Positions 38,420 to 48,520 are shown, counted from the first letter of the stretch. The stretch is DNA of 64,000 bases from an uncultured Saprospiraceae bacterium (GCA_942490835.1 CALNYY010000056.1:84280-148279); one strand, 5' to 3'. A program made the numbers and translations. The notes: generated by a model not told the origin, from the letters alone.

Positions 38420-41059
38420 ATGGATTCTAACAATAAATACCCAGACTTAAAGAAATATAGGTTCCGTGAACTGAAGATTTACTCATCTACTGAGTGGCTC
38501 GCTGATAACAAAAAGAAATATCGCCAGGTATTTGATCGGTGGGAAACGACTTATGTATATGCTGAACTTTCGTTTTACAATAAACAATATGATGAGGAAG
38601 AATGGGAGGTAGAAGTTGAGTTAATATGCTTTTCTCTGAGGAAGGGGAAAAAAGAGCTTTGCGTGCTGCCCTTTAAGCGCAAAGTGAGCAAGTATGACAA
38701 CATCGTTTATATACGTGAAGGTTGGGGCAACAAGTCAGAAGGAGTTTTTTGGAAAAAGGGCACCTATTCCTGGGAGGCCTATATAGAAGGAGAGAAAGTT
38801 GCAGCCAAATACTTTTATATAGAAGACGCTGGAAAAGACGCCATGAAAATAGGGACTCCCTATATTCAATTGCAATCGTTTCGGCTATACGAAGGCCCAT
38901 ATGATGATGTGATGGAAGATGACAGGGTTTATTATAAAAAATTTGATGGGAACGACACACGATATATTTATGCAGAAATACTTCTGAAAAATCTCCACTT
39001 CGACAAATCCTGGCAATGTGAGCTTTTCATAAAATTCTTAAATGACGCTAAAGAGCTAAAGGGCCAAGTTGTTCGATTGCAAAAGATAGAACGCAAGGAT
39101 GACTACATCAAAATTACAGCTGGCTGGGGGAGTAATGTTAAAGGCTCTTGGAGAAAGGATAACTACACCTGTGAATTGGTATTCTTGGATAAATTACTTG
39201 GATCTATCCCATTTGAAATAGGCGAAAGGTTCGAGGAAGGCATTCCCGCAGTTTATGTTCCGGAAAAAAACGGCCCTGTATTTTTTCAATCTATTGAGGA
39301 AGAGAATGAAACGTTTGAAGAGTTGATGATTAAGCTGGACAGTTTAGTTGGATTGACAGAAATAAAGGAGAAAGTCAGAGATCACGCAAAATATATTCAG
39401 TTTTTGCAACTGAGGAAAGAGGTAGGCTATAATGAAAAAAACAGTGTAAATGTTCACTCTGTTTTCATAGGAAATCCTGGAACTGGAAAAACGACGGTGG
39501 CAAAAATGATGGGTCGCTTGTATCGCAAAATGGGCCTACTTACTCGTGGGCATGTCCATGTAGTTGATCGAGTAGATTTAGTCGGTGAGTATATTGGACA
39601 AACAGCCCCTAAGGTAAAGGCAGCAATAGAGAAAGCAAGAGGAGGAGTACTTTTCATTGACGAAGCTTATGCGCTGGTTAGATCGGTGGAAGACACTAAG
39701 GATTTTGGAAGGGAGGTTATAGAAATATTAGTGAAAGAGATGTCAGATGGCCCAGGTGACCTTGCCGTTATTGTTGCTGGCTATCCAAATGAAATGAACA
39801 AGTTCCTTGATAGTAATCCGGGCATGAAATCAAGATTTAAGCATTATTTTGAATTCTCAGATTATCTGCCTCAGGAACTTTCAGAAATTGCAAACTACGC
39901 TTGCAATGAAATGGAAGTTAAGCTTTCGCTGGAGGCCAGAACAAAAATTGACGAATTGATTGTCAATGCATATCGAGATAGAGACCGCACTTTTGGAAAT
40001 GCAAGATTTGTCCATGACCTTATTGAAAAATCAAAATTTAATCTTGGCCTGAGAGTAATGGGGCTTGATTCGCCTGATACCTTGGATAAAGAAATTTTGG
40101 AAACAGTAGAGGGATATGATGTGTCTAAAATTGACATGAAACCTCGTCGTGAGTTGCCAAACATACCGATTGACGAAATACTCTTGCATGAAAGCATAGC
40201 TGAACTAAATCGTTTGATAGGTCTGGAAAAAGTGAAAGAGCAAATAATTGAGCATGTTCGATTGGTTCGATATTACCGAGAGACTGCAAGAGATGTACTC
40301 AATAACTTTTTCCTTCATACAGTTTTGATTGGCAATCCAGGCACTGGAAAAACGACTGTCGCCAGAATTTTGACCAAAATCTATAAATCACTTGGAATCC
40401 TTGAAAGAGGACACATGATTGAGACTGACCGACAAGGTCTGGTCGCAGGATTTGTTGGCCAAACTGCAACAAAAACCGCAAGCAAGATTGAGGAAGCCAT
40501 GGGAGGTGTATTATTTATTGATGAAGCCTACTCTCTTTCCCATAAAAGTAATTCCGGCAATGACTTTGGCGATGAAGCCATTCAAACCATTTTAAAAAGA
40601 ATGGAAGATCACCGGGGAGAATTTTTCGTATTTGTGGCGGGCTATCCTGACAATATGGAGTCCTTCCTAAAAGCAAACCCCGGACTAAGTTCTAGATTTG
40701 ACAAAGTGCTAAAGTTTGAAGATTATTCCACAAATGATCTTTTGAAAATATCGCTTCAAATGTTTGAAGACAGAGGAATTGTGCCGTCACCGGAGGCAGA
40801 AGAGCATTTAGAGAAATACTTCAACTTCCTTCACAATTACCGCGACAAGTACTTTGGAAACGCAAGAACTGTCAGGCAAGTGGTTATAGAAGCTATCAAA
40901 AACCAGAACTTGAGACTGGCAGCTCTTACTCCTGATGAACGGGAAAATGTCTCTTCTAATGTCCTTTTAATGGAAGATGTCGGAGAATTGAAATTGGATA
41001 CCAGTGAATTTATTTTCAACAACAAAAAAGGCATTGGCTTCCGGAGAGGAGGCGATTAA
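38420..41059 (+). CDS. Tandem double AAA+ ATPase of the SpoVK/CbxX (CfxQ) type with a duplicated ~130-aa N-terminal domain
   Basis: Two full modules each carry GNPGTGKTT (Walker A, 39470-39496 and 40331-40357), GGVLFIDEAY (Walker B), V(F/I)VAGYP and NPG(M/L)(K/S)SRF. The N-terminal 290 aa are two homologous repeats (..Y(V/I)YAE(L/I)...W..E..I.F....GWG....G.W.K..Y..E). The track start at 38408 is a TTG; the ATG is at 38420. Confidence 0.85.
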   Translation: MDSNNKYPDLKKYRFRELKIYSSTEWLADNKKKYRQVFDRWETTYVYAELSFYNKQYDEEEWEVEVELICFSLRKGKKELCVLPFKRKVSKYDNIVYIREGWGNKSEGVFWKKGTYSWEAYIEGEKVAAKYFYIEDAGKDAMKIGTPYIQLQSFRLYEGPYDDVMEDDRVYYKKFDGNDTRYIYAEILLKNLHFDKSWQCELFIKFLNDAKELKGQVVRLQKIERKDDYIKITAGWGSNVKGSWRKDNYTCELVFLDKLLGSIPFEIGERFEEGIPAVYVPEKNGPVFFQSIEEENETFEELMIKLDSLVGLTEIKEKVRDHAKYIQFLQLRKEVGYNEKNSVNVHSVFIGNPGTGKTTVAKMMGRLYRKMGLLTRGHVHVVDRVDLVGEYIGQTAPKVKAAIEKARGGVLFIDEAYALVRSVEDTKDFGREVIEILVKEMSDGPGDLAVIVAGYPNEMNKFLDSNPGMKSRFKHYFEFSDYLPQELSEIANYACNEMEVKLSLEARTKIDELIVNAYRDRDRTFGNARFVHDLIEKSKFNLGLRVMGLDSPDTLDKEILETVEGYDVSKIDMKPRRELPNIPIDEILLHESIAELNRLIGLEKVKEQIIEHVRLVRYYRETARDVLNNFFLHTVLIGNPGTGKTTVARILTKIYKSLGILERGHMIETDRQGLVAGFVGQTATKTASKIEEAMGGVLFIDEAYSLSHKSNSGNDFGDEAIQTILKRMEDHRGEFFVFVAGYPDNMESFLKANPGLSSRFDKVLKFEDYSTNDLLKISLQMFEDRGIVPSPEAEEHLEKYFNFLHNYRDKYFGNARTVRQVVIEAIKNQNLRLAALTPDERENVSSNVLLMEDVGELKLDTSEFIFNNKKGIGFRRGGD

Positions 41060-41072
41060 TTTTACCTCTAAC

Positions 41073-42268
41073 ATGAGATACTTTTTAATAATTTTTCTGT
41101 TTGCAAATTTTGCCGCTTGTCACGATATTTCCCAAAATCAACTTGATGGAGCTCACAAAATAATAGCTTCCGTCACTTCAAAATTTGTATCCGATAAAAG
41201 GCTTGCCCTTTTTAATATTGTTCGGAAAATTTCAATAATAGTATTTTACTAAAAGGAGAAACAACTATCCCAGCAGCTCATGAAGAACTTATCGAAAAGC
41301 TAAATGAGTCGTCCTTATCTTTTATCGACAGCATTTCAGTGCTTCCATCTGCAAACTTGAATGGCAAAATACACGGTGTTGTAAATCTTTCGGTTTGCAA
41401 CATTAGATCCCAACCCAAGCATTCCGCTGAATTGTCAACGCAGGCCTTAATGGGTACGCCATTGAGAGTTTTCAAAAAGCAAGGCGATTTCTATTACATC
41501 CAAACTCCAGATAATTATTTAGGCTGGGTAGATGATGGCGGACTTCAGTTAATGGATGATTTGGAATACAAATCTTGGCAAACTTCTGAAAAAGCCATTT
41601 GCATAAAAGACTTTTCCTATGTTTACGAAACTGGCAATGAGGACTCACCAAAAGTTTCAGATTTAATTGCAGGAAGTATTTTTGAAACAGAAGAAATTAA
41701 AGCCAATTTTTCCAAAATTGTTCTCCCTGACGGAAGAGCAGGTTTTGTTAAAACAGATGACCTCCTACCCTATCAGGATTGGCTTGCAGCAAGCTACCCT
41801 ACTCCTGAATCCATTATTTCTACCGCCAAAGAATTTATGGGGCGACCATATCTGTGGGGCGGCACTTCTGGCAAAGGAATGGATTGCAGCGGATATACAA
41901 AGACTGTCTATTTCTTAAATGGGATTCAACTCGAAAGAGACGCAAGTTTGCAAGTTCATACTGGCGAATTAGTGGAAACCGATACTACATGGAAGAATTT
42001 AGAAGTCGGAGATCTTCTTTTTTTCGGAAGAAAATCTACTCAAGACAAAAAAGAAAGAATTACGCATGTCGCCATTTATATGGGAGATGGCAAAATAATT
42101 CATGCCTCTGACAGAGTAAAAGTTGAAAGTCTAAAAAGAGGAGATTCGGATTTTGCTGAACATCGAGTAAATTCATTTATCCGAGCAAAACGGATTATTG
42201 GCTCAGAAGGAAAAAATGGCATCATTGCCCTGAAAGATTCACCTTTCTATAATTTCCAAATCCACTAA
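41073..42268 (+). pseudogene. NlpC/P60 (C40) peptidoglycan endopeptidase lipoprotein with SH3-like domains, reading frame interrupted (frameshift or sequencing error)
   Basis: Frame 1 (41073-41252) encodes MRYFLIIFLFANFAAC (lipobox) ...SDKRLALFNIVRK then stops. Frame 3 is open from 41216 (..ENFNNSILLKGETTIPAAHEEL...) into the 309-aa ORF, which has SH3b-like segments and an NlpC/P60 core (GRPYLWGGTSGKGMDCSGY...HVAIYMGDGKIIHAS). One extra A in the A4 run at 41226-41229 would fuse the frames. Confidence 0.65.
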
Positions 42269-43137
42269 AGTTTAGCCAGGCAATTGACTAAACTTTGTCG
42301 CCAATGGTTTATTTCCAAGCCAAAAGTGGTTTTGATTTTGGCTTTATTCAATACACTAAAATGCGGGCGTTTTGCAGCTGTTGGGTAGTCTTTCGTCTCG
42401 ATAGGTTTCAGCTTCACATCATAGCCTTTAATTTCAAAAATGGCTTGGGCAAAGTCGAACCAGCTCGTTACGCCTTCATTACTATAATGATAAATCTGGT
42501 TAAAAACTTTTGGGTCAATTTCCTTGCTCATTGTTTTCTCAATTATTTCCAAAATGGATTTGGCAAGGTCAGCTGCATAAGTTGGAGTCCCAATTTGATC
42601 GAAAATGACACTCAGTTCTTTTCTTTCACTTCCCAGGCGAAGCATGGTTTTCACAAAGTTGTGCCCAAATGAAGAATAAACCCATGAAGTCCGAACCACC
42701 ATGCCGCCTTTTGACAAAGCGATGTTGTCACCAGCTAATTTAGTTTTAGCATAAACGCCTTTTGGACTGGTGGGGTCTGATTCAACAAAGGGTGTATTCT
42801 GCCGATTATGATACACATAATCTGTTGACAGTTGTATGAAATTAACAGAGTGGCTTTGGCAAGATTCTACCAAGTTCGTTACACCTACTACATTCACCCG
42901 TTCTGCTAATTCAGGCTGCTCTTCCGCTTTGTCAACTGCCGTATATGCAGCGCAATTCACACAAAAGTCAAATTTCTTTTCTTCGAAAAACGCTGTTACT
43001 TTTTCACGATCTGTGATATCAAGCTCATCAATATCTACAAATGTGAATTGAAAAGATGAGAAGTCATTGGACAACACCTGCAGCTCTTGTCCCACCTGTC
43101 CTTTGCTTCCAGTGATTAGGATATGACAGCTTTTCAT
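42265..43137 (-). CDS. rfbD: dTDP-4-dehydrorhamnose reductase
   Basis: ILITGSKGQVGQEL Rossmann start plus STDYVY. About 290 aa, adjacent to rfbC. The stop overlaps the convergent peptidase stop by 4 bp. Confidence 0.85.
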   Translation of the reverse strand: MKSCHILITGSKGQVGQELQVLSNDFSSFQFTFVDIDELDITDREKVTAFFEEKKFDFCVNCAAYTAVDKAEEQPELAERVNVVGVTNLVESCQSHSVNFIQLSTDYVYHNRQNTPFVESDPTSPKGVYAKTKLAGDNIALSKGGMVVRTSWVYSSFGHNFVKTMLRLGSERKELSVIFDQIGTPTYAADLAKSILEIIEKTMSKEIDPKVFNQIYHYSNEGVTSWFDFAQAIFEIKGYDVKLKPIETKDYPTAAKRPHFSVLNKAKIKTTFGLEINHWRQSLVNCLAKL

Positions 43138-43192
43138 TTATTAATTTTTTACTTGGAAGAAAATGCTATCTGAGTATATGAAAAAATAAAAC

Positions 43193-43738
43193 TTAAACCG
43201 GCACGTGTTTTCCAAATGAAGGGAAATTTCTATCCCTATCAGCAATTTTTGCTTTATCAAGATCAAATTGCCAATCAATATTTAAATTGGGACAATTCGG
43301 CTGAATGCCCGCTTCATGTTCTTTTGAATAGAAATTGTCGCATTTGTAAAAAAATGAAGCTGTCTCGCTGAGTACAACGTAACCATGAGCAAATCCTCTT
43401 GGGATATATAACTGGTTATTCTTCTCTGCATTCAAAATCAGACTAAAACTTTCCCCATAAGTCTTTGATCCCATACGGATATCAACTACAACATCCAAAA
43501 CTTCACCTTCCAATACCCTTACCAATTTCGCCTGAGTAAATGGCGCTACTTGATAATGTAATCCTCTCAATACACCTTTACTTGAATAGGCTTGATTGTC
43601 TTGCACCCAGACATTTGACACGCCTGCATTCTCAAAAGTTTTTTTATTAAAACTTTCGAAAAAACACCCTCTATCATCGCCAAAAACCTTTGGTTCAAAA
43701 ATCAAAAGTTCGTCTATTCCAGTCTCAATAAATGGCAT
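43193..43738 (-). CDS. rfbC: dTDP-4-dehydrorhamnose 3,5-epimerase
   Basis: FEPKVFGDDRGCFFESFN, RGLHYQ and GFAHGY motifs. Confidence 0.9.
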   Translation of the reverse strand: MPFIETGIDELLIFEPKVFGDDRGCFFESFNKKTFENAGVSNVWVQDNQAYSSKGVLRGLHYQVAPFTQAKLVRVLEGEVLDVVVDIRMGSKTYGESFSLILNAEKNNQLYIPRGFAHGYVVLSETASFFYKCDNFYSKEHEAGIQPNCPNLNIDWQFDLDKAKIADRDRNFPSFGKHVPV

Positions 43739-43769
43739 TTAAAAAAAATGTTTTGTAATAGAATTGATC

Positions 43770-45077
43770 CTACTTTTCACGGAAATAAATCTTTATAGGA
43801 ACTCCCGTAAAATTGAAATGCTCTCGTAATCTGTTTTCCAAAAAATGACGATAACTTTCCTTTACATGTTTTGGATGATTACAGTAGAAAGCAAAAGTTG
43901 GATAATAGACAGGTAATTGGTTGACAAATTTGATGCTAACAAATTTACCACGGTGAGATGGAGGTGGGCGGCGCTCAATTTCTTTCAGCATAACTGTATT
44001 GAGCAAAGATGTTTTAATCTTTTTTTTCCTATTCTCGCAAACTTCTAAAGCGACTTCTATTGCTTTAAATATTCGCTGTTTTTCATGTACGGAAATAAAA
44101 ATGATAGGGAGGTCATTAAAAGGGGCAATTTTTCTTTTAATTTCTTCTTCAACATCACGAATGGTATTGGTCTCCTTGTTTTCGACTAAATCCCACTTGT
44201 TTACTAAAATCACAATACCCTTATTCCTTTTTTGGGCCAAACGGAAAATACTCATATCCTGGTGTTCTATCCCCACTTGCGCCTCAATCATTAACACACA
44301 AACATCAGCTTCCTCAATTGCTTTAATAGCACGCATCACAGAATAAAATTCAAGATTTTCATGGACCTTAGATTTTTTCCTTATACCTGCCGTATCTATT
44401 ATCAAAAAGTCTTTATCAAATTTAGTGTACCGTGAGTGGATGGTATCCCGTGTAGTTCCAGCAATATCGGTAACTATATTTCGCTCTTCCCCTAAAAGGG
44501 CATTGACAAACGAAGACTTTCCAACATTTGGCTGTCCAACAATAGCAAGTTTTGGGATCTCAGATTCCAATTCTTCCTCATCTTCTTCTAAATGTTCGGT
44601 CAATGCATCCAACATTTCTCCTGTTCCACTACCTGTTAGGGAAGAGATGAACAAGGTCTCATCAAAACCCAGGCTATAAAATTCATTCGCTTCCAGCAGC
44701 CTTTCATGGTTGTCAACCTTATTTACAATTAAAATCGTTGGGCGATCCGACCTTCGAAGCATCCTGGCCATATCTTCGTCAAGATCCGTAATGCCAGTTG
44801 TCACATCCACTAAGAAAATAATTGCGTTAGATTCTTCGATTGCTATTTCAACCTGAGACCGAATCTCTTTCTCAAAAATATCATCTGAAGATTTCACAAA
44901 CCCTCCAGTATCCACAACTGTAAATTGTTTTCCATTCCACTCAGAGGTGCCATACTGTCGATCCCTCGTCACACCGCTAATATCATCCACGATTGCTTGC
45001 CTGCCTCCAATTAGTCTATTATAAAGAGTTGATTTGCCAACATTTGGCCGACCAACAATTGCTACTATATTACTCAT
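43770..45077 (-). CDS. der: Ribosome-biogenesis GTPase Der (EngA), double GTPase
   Basis: Two G domains (GRPNVGKST and GQPNVGKSS) plus a KH-like C-terminus. Confidence 0.9.
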   Translation of the reverse strand: MSNIVAIVGRPNVGKSTLYNRLIGGRQAIVDDISGVTRDRQYGTSEWNGKQFTVVDTGGFVKSSDDIFEKEIRSQVEIAIEESNAIIFLVDVTTGITDLDEDMARMLRRSDRPTILIVNKVDNHERLLEANEFYSLGFDETLFISSLTGSGTGEMLDALTEHLEEDEEELESEIPKLAIVGQPNVGKSSFVNALLGEERNIVTDIAGTTRDTIHSRYTKFDKDFLIIDTAGIRKKSKVHENLEFYSVMRAIKAIEEADVCVLMIEAQVGIEHQDMSIFRLAQKRNKGIVILVNKWDLVENKETNTIRDVEEEIKRKIAPFNDLPIIFISVHEKQRIFKAIEVALEVCENRKKKIKTSLLNTVMLKEIERRPPPSHRGKFVSIKFVNQLPVYYPTFAFYCNHPKHVKESYRHFLENRLREHFNFTGVPIKIYFREK

Positions 45078-45164
45078 TTAAGAGATTTTGAAAAAGTAAA
45101 AACGGATTCAATTAATTTATTAAAAATTCGATTTTACTTGACTTATTTAAACGGATTAATAATA

Positions 45165-46061
45165 TTAAGAATCATAACCAAAACTCTTCAGCATACGGTC
45201 GTCATCTCTCCAATTATCCTTAACTTTTACATGTAATTCAAGAAACACTTTGCTTTCAAGCCATGCTTCAATGGCTTTTCTGGCAGAGGTTCCCAATCTT
45301 TTAATTGCACTACCTTGTTTTCCTAAAACAATCATTTTTTGGGTATCCCTCGCAACATATATATATGCGTAAATATTTACAATAGGCTTCCCGGCTTTCG
45401 TAGTTGTTTCTTTAAATGACTCAACATAGACTTCCGTTGAATAGGGAATTTCTTGATGGTATAATTCCAATATTTTTTCCCTGATTATTTCGCTTACAAA
45501 AAAACGTTCTGGTTTATCGGTGAGTTGGTCTTTCGGGTAATATGCAGGCCCTTCCGGTAAATTATCTTGAATTAAAATTGATAATTTTTCAACATTGGTT
45601 TGCTTTAATGCTGAGATAGGAATTATTTCATCAAATTTAATTCTATCATTCCACCACTTAATTAATGCAAGTACTTTATCGGGTTCTGCTATGTCCGTTT
45701 TATTTATTAATAAGAATTTTTTAGCTGGATGATTCTTAAGGTTTTCTATTACTGGGTCATCTTCTTTATACCTCTCCGTAATATCTGTTACAAATAAAAT
45801 CAAGTCAGCATCTTCAAAGGAAGCCTGAACAAATTTGTTCATAGCTTCTTGCATTTTATATGCAGGGTTTTTAATGATTCCTGGAGTATCTGAAAAAACA
45901 ATTTGAAAATCATCTCCACTTAATATTCCAAGAATCCTATGCCGGGTTGTCTGTGGTTTTGAAGTGATAATAGACATTTGTTCGCCTACCATTGCATTCA
46001 TCAAAGTGCTTTTCCCAACATTGGGATTACCAACTATATTTACAAATCCTGATTTATGCAT
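45165..46061 (-). CDS. era: GTPase Era
   Basis: GFVNIVGNPNVGKSTLMN and DTPG, with a C-terminal KH domain. Confidence 0.9.
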   Translation of the reverse strand: MHKSGFVNIVGNPNVGKSTLMNAMVGEQMSIITSKPQTTRHRILGILSGDDFQIVFSDTPGIIKNPAYKMQEAMNKFVQASFEDADLILFVTDITERYKEDDPVIENLKNHPAKKFLLINKTDIAEPDKVLALIKWWNDRIKFDEIIPISALKQTNVEKLSILIQDNLPEGPAYYPKDQLTDKPERFFVSEIIREKILELYHQEIPYSTEVYVESFKETTTKAGKPIVNIYAYIYVARDTQKMIVLGKQGSAIKRLGTSARKAIEAWLESKVFLELHVKVKDNWRDDDRMLKSFGYDS

Positions 46062-46071
46062 TTATTTATTT

Positions 46072-46536
46072 TTACAATCTGACTTCTTCTCCATATCTAT
46101 TCAATTGTTCATTTACTTTCTTAAATTCAATTGCTCCATGAATTCCATTAATTAAGAAAAACAAAACGATTCCTTTAGCAATAATCCCATTATAAATTGC
46201 TTCAAAACCAACCAACATTAGTCCTAAAAATTGGCAAAGCATATAAGTTGACAAAACAATAATGAAGGCAACTTTCGGACTATCTTTCATTTTGTTTAAT
46301 CCAATTAAATATAAAATCAAATAAAACAAAAGTTCGATGCCGATATAAAGAGCATCATTTTCTGAATTAAAAAAACCAAAAAATACAATTACTAAATGCA
46401 AAAACACTAAAACATAAGCTGCAACTCGGCCATTTAATATTTGAGCTTTGTATTTATCGGCACTTCGTTTGAGCACTCCTACGACAGGAGAATTTGGGTC
46501 GAGTTTTTTATTGAACCCTTCATCAAGAACCTCCAT
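46072..46536 (-). CDS. Hypothetical membrane protein (about 4 TM)
   Basis: Hydrophobic segments. 10 bp upstream of era and co-directional with it. Confidence 0.5.
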   Translation of the reverse strand: MEVLDEGFNKKLDPNSPVVGVLKRSADKYKAQILNGRVAAYVLVFLHLVIVFFGFFNSENDALYIGIELLFYLILYLIGLNKMKDSPKVAFIIVLSTYMLCQFLGLMLVGFEAIYNGIIAKGIVLFFLINGIHGAIEFKKVNEQLNRYGEEVRL

Positions 46537-46566
46537 GGTTTGGTTGGTTTTAGGTTAAATATAATC

Positions 46567-48489
46567 TTACTTCTTCTTTTCTTTTTTAGTTGGAACAAGA
46601 ACGACAGTGGCTAACGGCGGCAAAGTTACTTCTATTGAATGTGTTCTGTTATGACACTCTTTCTGAATCGATTTAATAGGCTTGTCATTCCCAATTCCAC
46701 TACCATTATATTTTTCATCGTCTGAATTCAATGCCTGGGTGAAGCTGCCCGCAAATGGAACACCGAATTGATAATTTTCTCTAACAATGGGCGTGAAGTT
46801 GCAAGCTACAATAGCAATATCCCTTTTTCCTTTGCCCTTTCGAATATATGTTAAAACACTGTTTTCATAATCTGCATGCTCAATCCATTCAAATCCATCC
46901 TCTTCAAATTGCTGCTCATACAATGCTTTTGAAGCCTTATAAAACTCATTCAAATCCTTTACCCAAGTTTGAATCCCCTTGTGAAATTCATATTCCGTTA
47001 ATCCCCATTCATTACCTCGCTCAATACTCCACTCTGTTGTCTGTCCAAATTCGCCACCCATAAAAACCAGTTGTGCCCCAGGGTGAGTCCACATGAAACC
47101 GAACAAAAGTCGAAGTCCTGCAAACCGCTGTTCTTCATTTCCAGGCATCCTGGTCAGCAAAGTCCCTTTTCCATGAACGACTTCATCGTGAGACAGGGGC
47201 AACATGAAGTTTTCTGAAAACGCATAGACCAAACTAAAGGTCAATTCATGATGATGGTGCTTCCTGAAATATGGATCAAACTTCATGTACTTTAGAGTGT
47301 CATGCATCCATCCCATCATCCATTTTTGATCAAAGCCCAATCCGCCATCTTCCACTTTTCGAGAAACTCCAGGCCAAGCTGTAGACTCTTCAGCTATAGT
47401 GACTACATCGGGATAGTCCCGATGTGTTATTTCATTGAATTCTTTTAAAAAAGTAATAGCTTCCAGATTCTCATTTCCTCCAAAATTGTTTGGAATCCAT
47501 TCTCCATCTTCTCTTGAATAATCAAGATAAAGCATGGACGCAACTGCATCTACTCGCAATCCATCCGTATGGTACTCTTCCAACCAGAACAAGGCATTTG
47601 AAATAAGAAAACTTCTTACCTCCCATCTACCATAGTTGAAAACTGCACTTTTCCAATCTGGGTGAAATCCTTTTTTTGGATCAGCGTGATCATACAAATG
47701 GGTTCCATCAAAATCGGCTAATCCGTGGGCATCGTAAGGAAAGTGGGATGGCACCCAATCCAGAATAACACCTATCCCTTCTTGATGAAAAGAATCTACC
47801 AAATAAGCATAATCTTCAGGAGAACCAAAACGACTTGATGGAGCAAAATATCCCGTTATCTGATAGCCCCAAGACGGGAAATATGGATGTTCCATCACTG
47901 GAAGGAATTCCACATGGGTAAATTCCATTTCTTTCACATAAGCCACTAATTCATCCGCCAATTCTGTATAACTTAAAGAATTAAATCCTGCATTTTTCTT
48001 TTTCCAAGAGCCCAAATGAACTTCGTAAACAGAATAAGGTTGAGGCTTTCCGGCTAGTTTCTTTCGCTGTTTCATCCATGCATCATCCTTCCATTTATAG
48101 TCTAAATCCCATACAATCGAAGCTGTATTTGGTGGTATTTCCCAGAACCTAGCAAAAGGATCGCCTTTTGAAAGCCTACGGCCATCAGCAGCAAGAATAC
48201 TGTACTTATACAAAGTTCCTTTTCCAACACCAGGAATAAAGCCTTCCCAAATGCCTGTGCCATCTGGCCTTAAATAAAGTGGATGTGACTTTTCATTCCA
48301 AAAATTGAAATTGCCAATTACTGAAACCTCCTGAGCTGTAGGCGCCCAAACAGCAAACAGCGTCCCCCAAACTCCATCTAATTCCATTGTATGGCTACCG
48401 AGCTTTTTGTAAAGCCGAAAGTGTTTTCCCATTCTGATCAAATCAATATCAAAATCGGTAAGAAGTGAGTGAGGTTTGACTTTTGTCAT
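46567..48489 (-). CDS. glgB: 1,4-alpha-glucan branching enzyme
   Basis: GH13 motifs (DWVPSHF, GLRVDAVASMLY, EESTAW, LSHDEVVHGKG) and an N-terminal CBM48-like region. Confidence 0.9.
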   Translation of the reverse strand: MTKVKPHSLLTDFDIDLIRMGKHFRLYKKLGSHTMELDGVWGTLFAVWAPTAQEVSVIGNFNFWNEKSHPLYLRPDGTGIWEGFIPGVGKGTLYKYSILAADGRRLSKGDPFARFWEIPPNTASIVWDLDYKWKDDAWMKQRKKLAGKPQPYSVYEVHLGSWKKKNAGFNSLSYTELADELVAYVKEMEFTHVEFLPVMEHPYFPSWGYQITGYFAPSSRFGSPEDYAYLVDSFHQEGIGVILDWVPSHFPYDAHGLADFDGTHLYDHADPKKGFHPDWKSAVFNYGRWEVRSFLISNALFWLEEYHTDGLRVDAVASMLYLDYSREDGEWIPNNFGGNENLEAITFLKEFNEITHRDYPDVVTIAEESTAWPGVSRKVEDGGLGFDQKWMMGWMHDTLKYMKFDPYFRKHHHHELTFSLVYAFSENFMLPLSHDEVVHGKGTLLTRMPGNEEQRFAGLRLLFGFMWTHPGAQLVFMGGEFGQTTEWSIERGNEWGLTEYEFHKGIQTWVKDLNEFYKASKALYEQQFEEDGFEWIEHADYENSVLTYIRKGKGKRDIAIVACNFTPIVRENYQFGVPFAGSFTQALNSDDEKYNGSGIGNDKPIKSIQKECHNRTHSIEVTLPPLATVVLVPTKKEKKK

Positions 48490-48520
48490 AAGGTTAGTCT
48501 AAGGCTAATTTAATAAACCA

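Noticed and set aside
41004-41072. Upstream part of track ORF 41004-41252, overlapping the AAA+ gene end.
   Set aside because: The alternative start lies inside the AAA+ coding region. The ATG at 41073 gives a clean lipoprotein signal, so only 41073 onward is used.
45100-45157. Direct repeat AAACGGATT (45100-45108 and 45149-45157) between era and der.
   Set aside because: It is only 9 bp in an AT-rich spacer. Chance occurrence across all intergenic regions is plausible, and there is no supporting structure.
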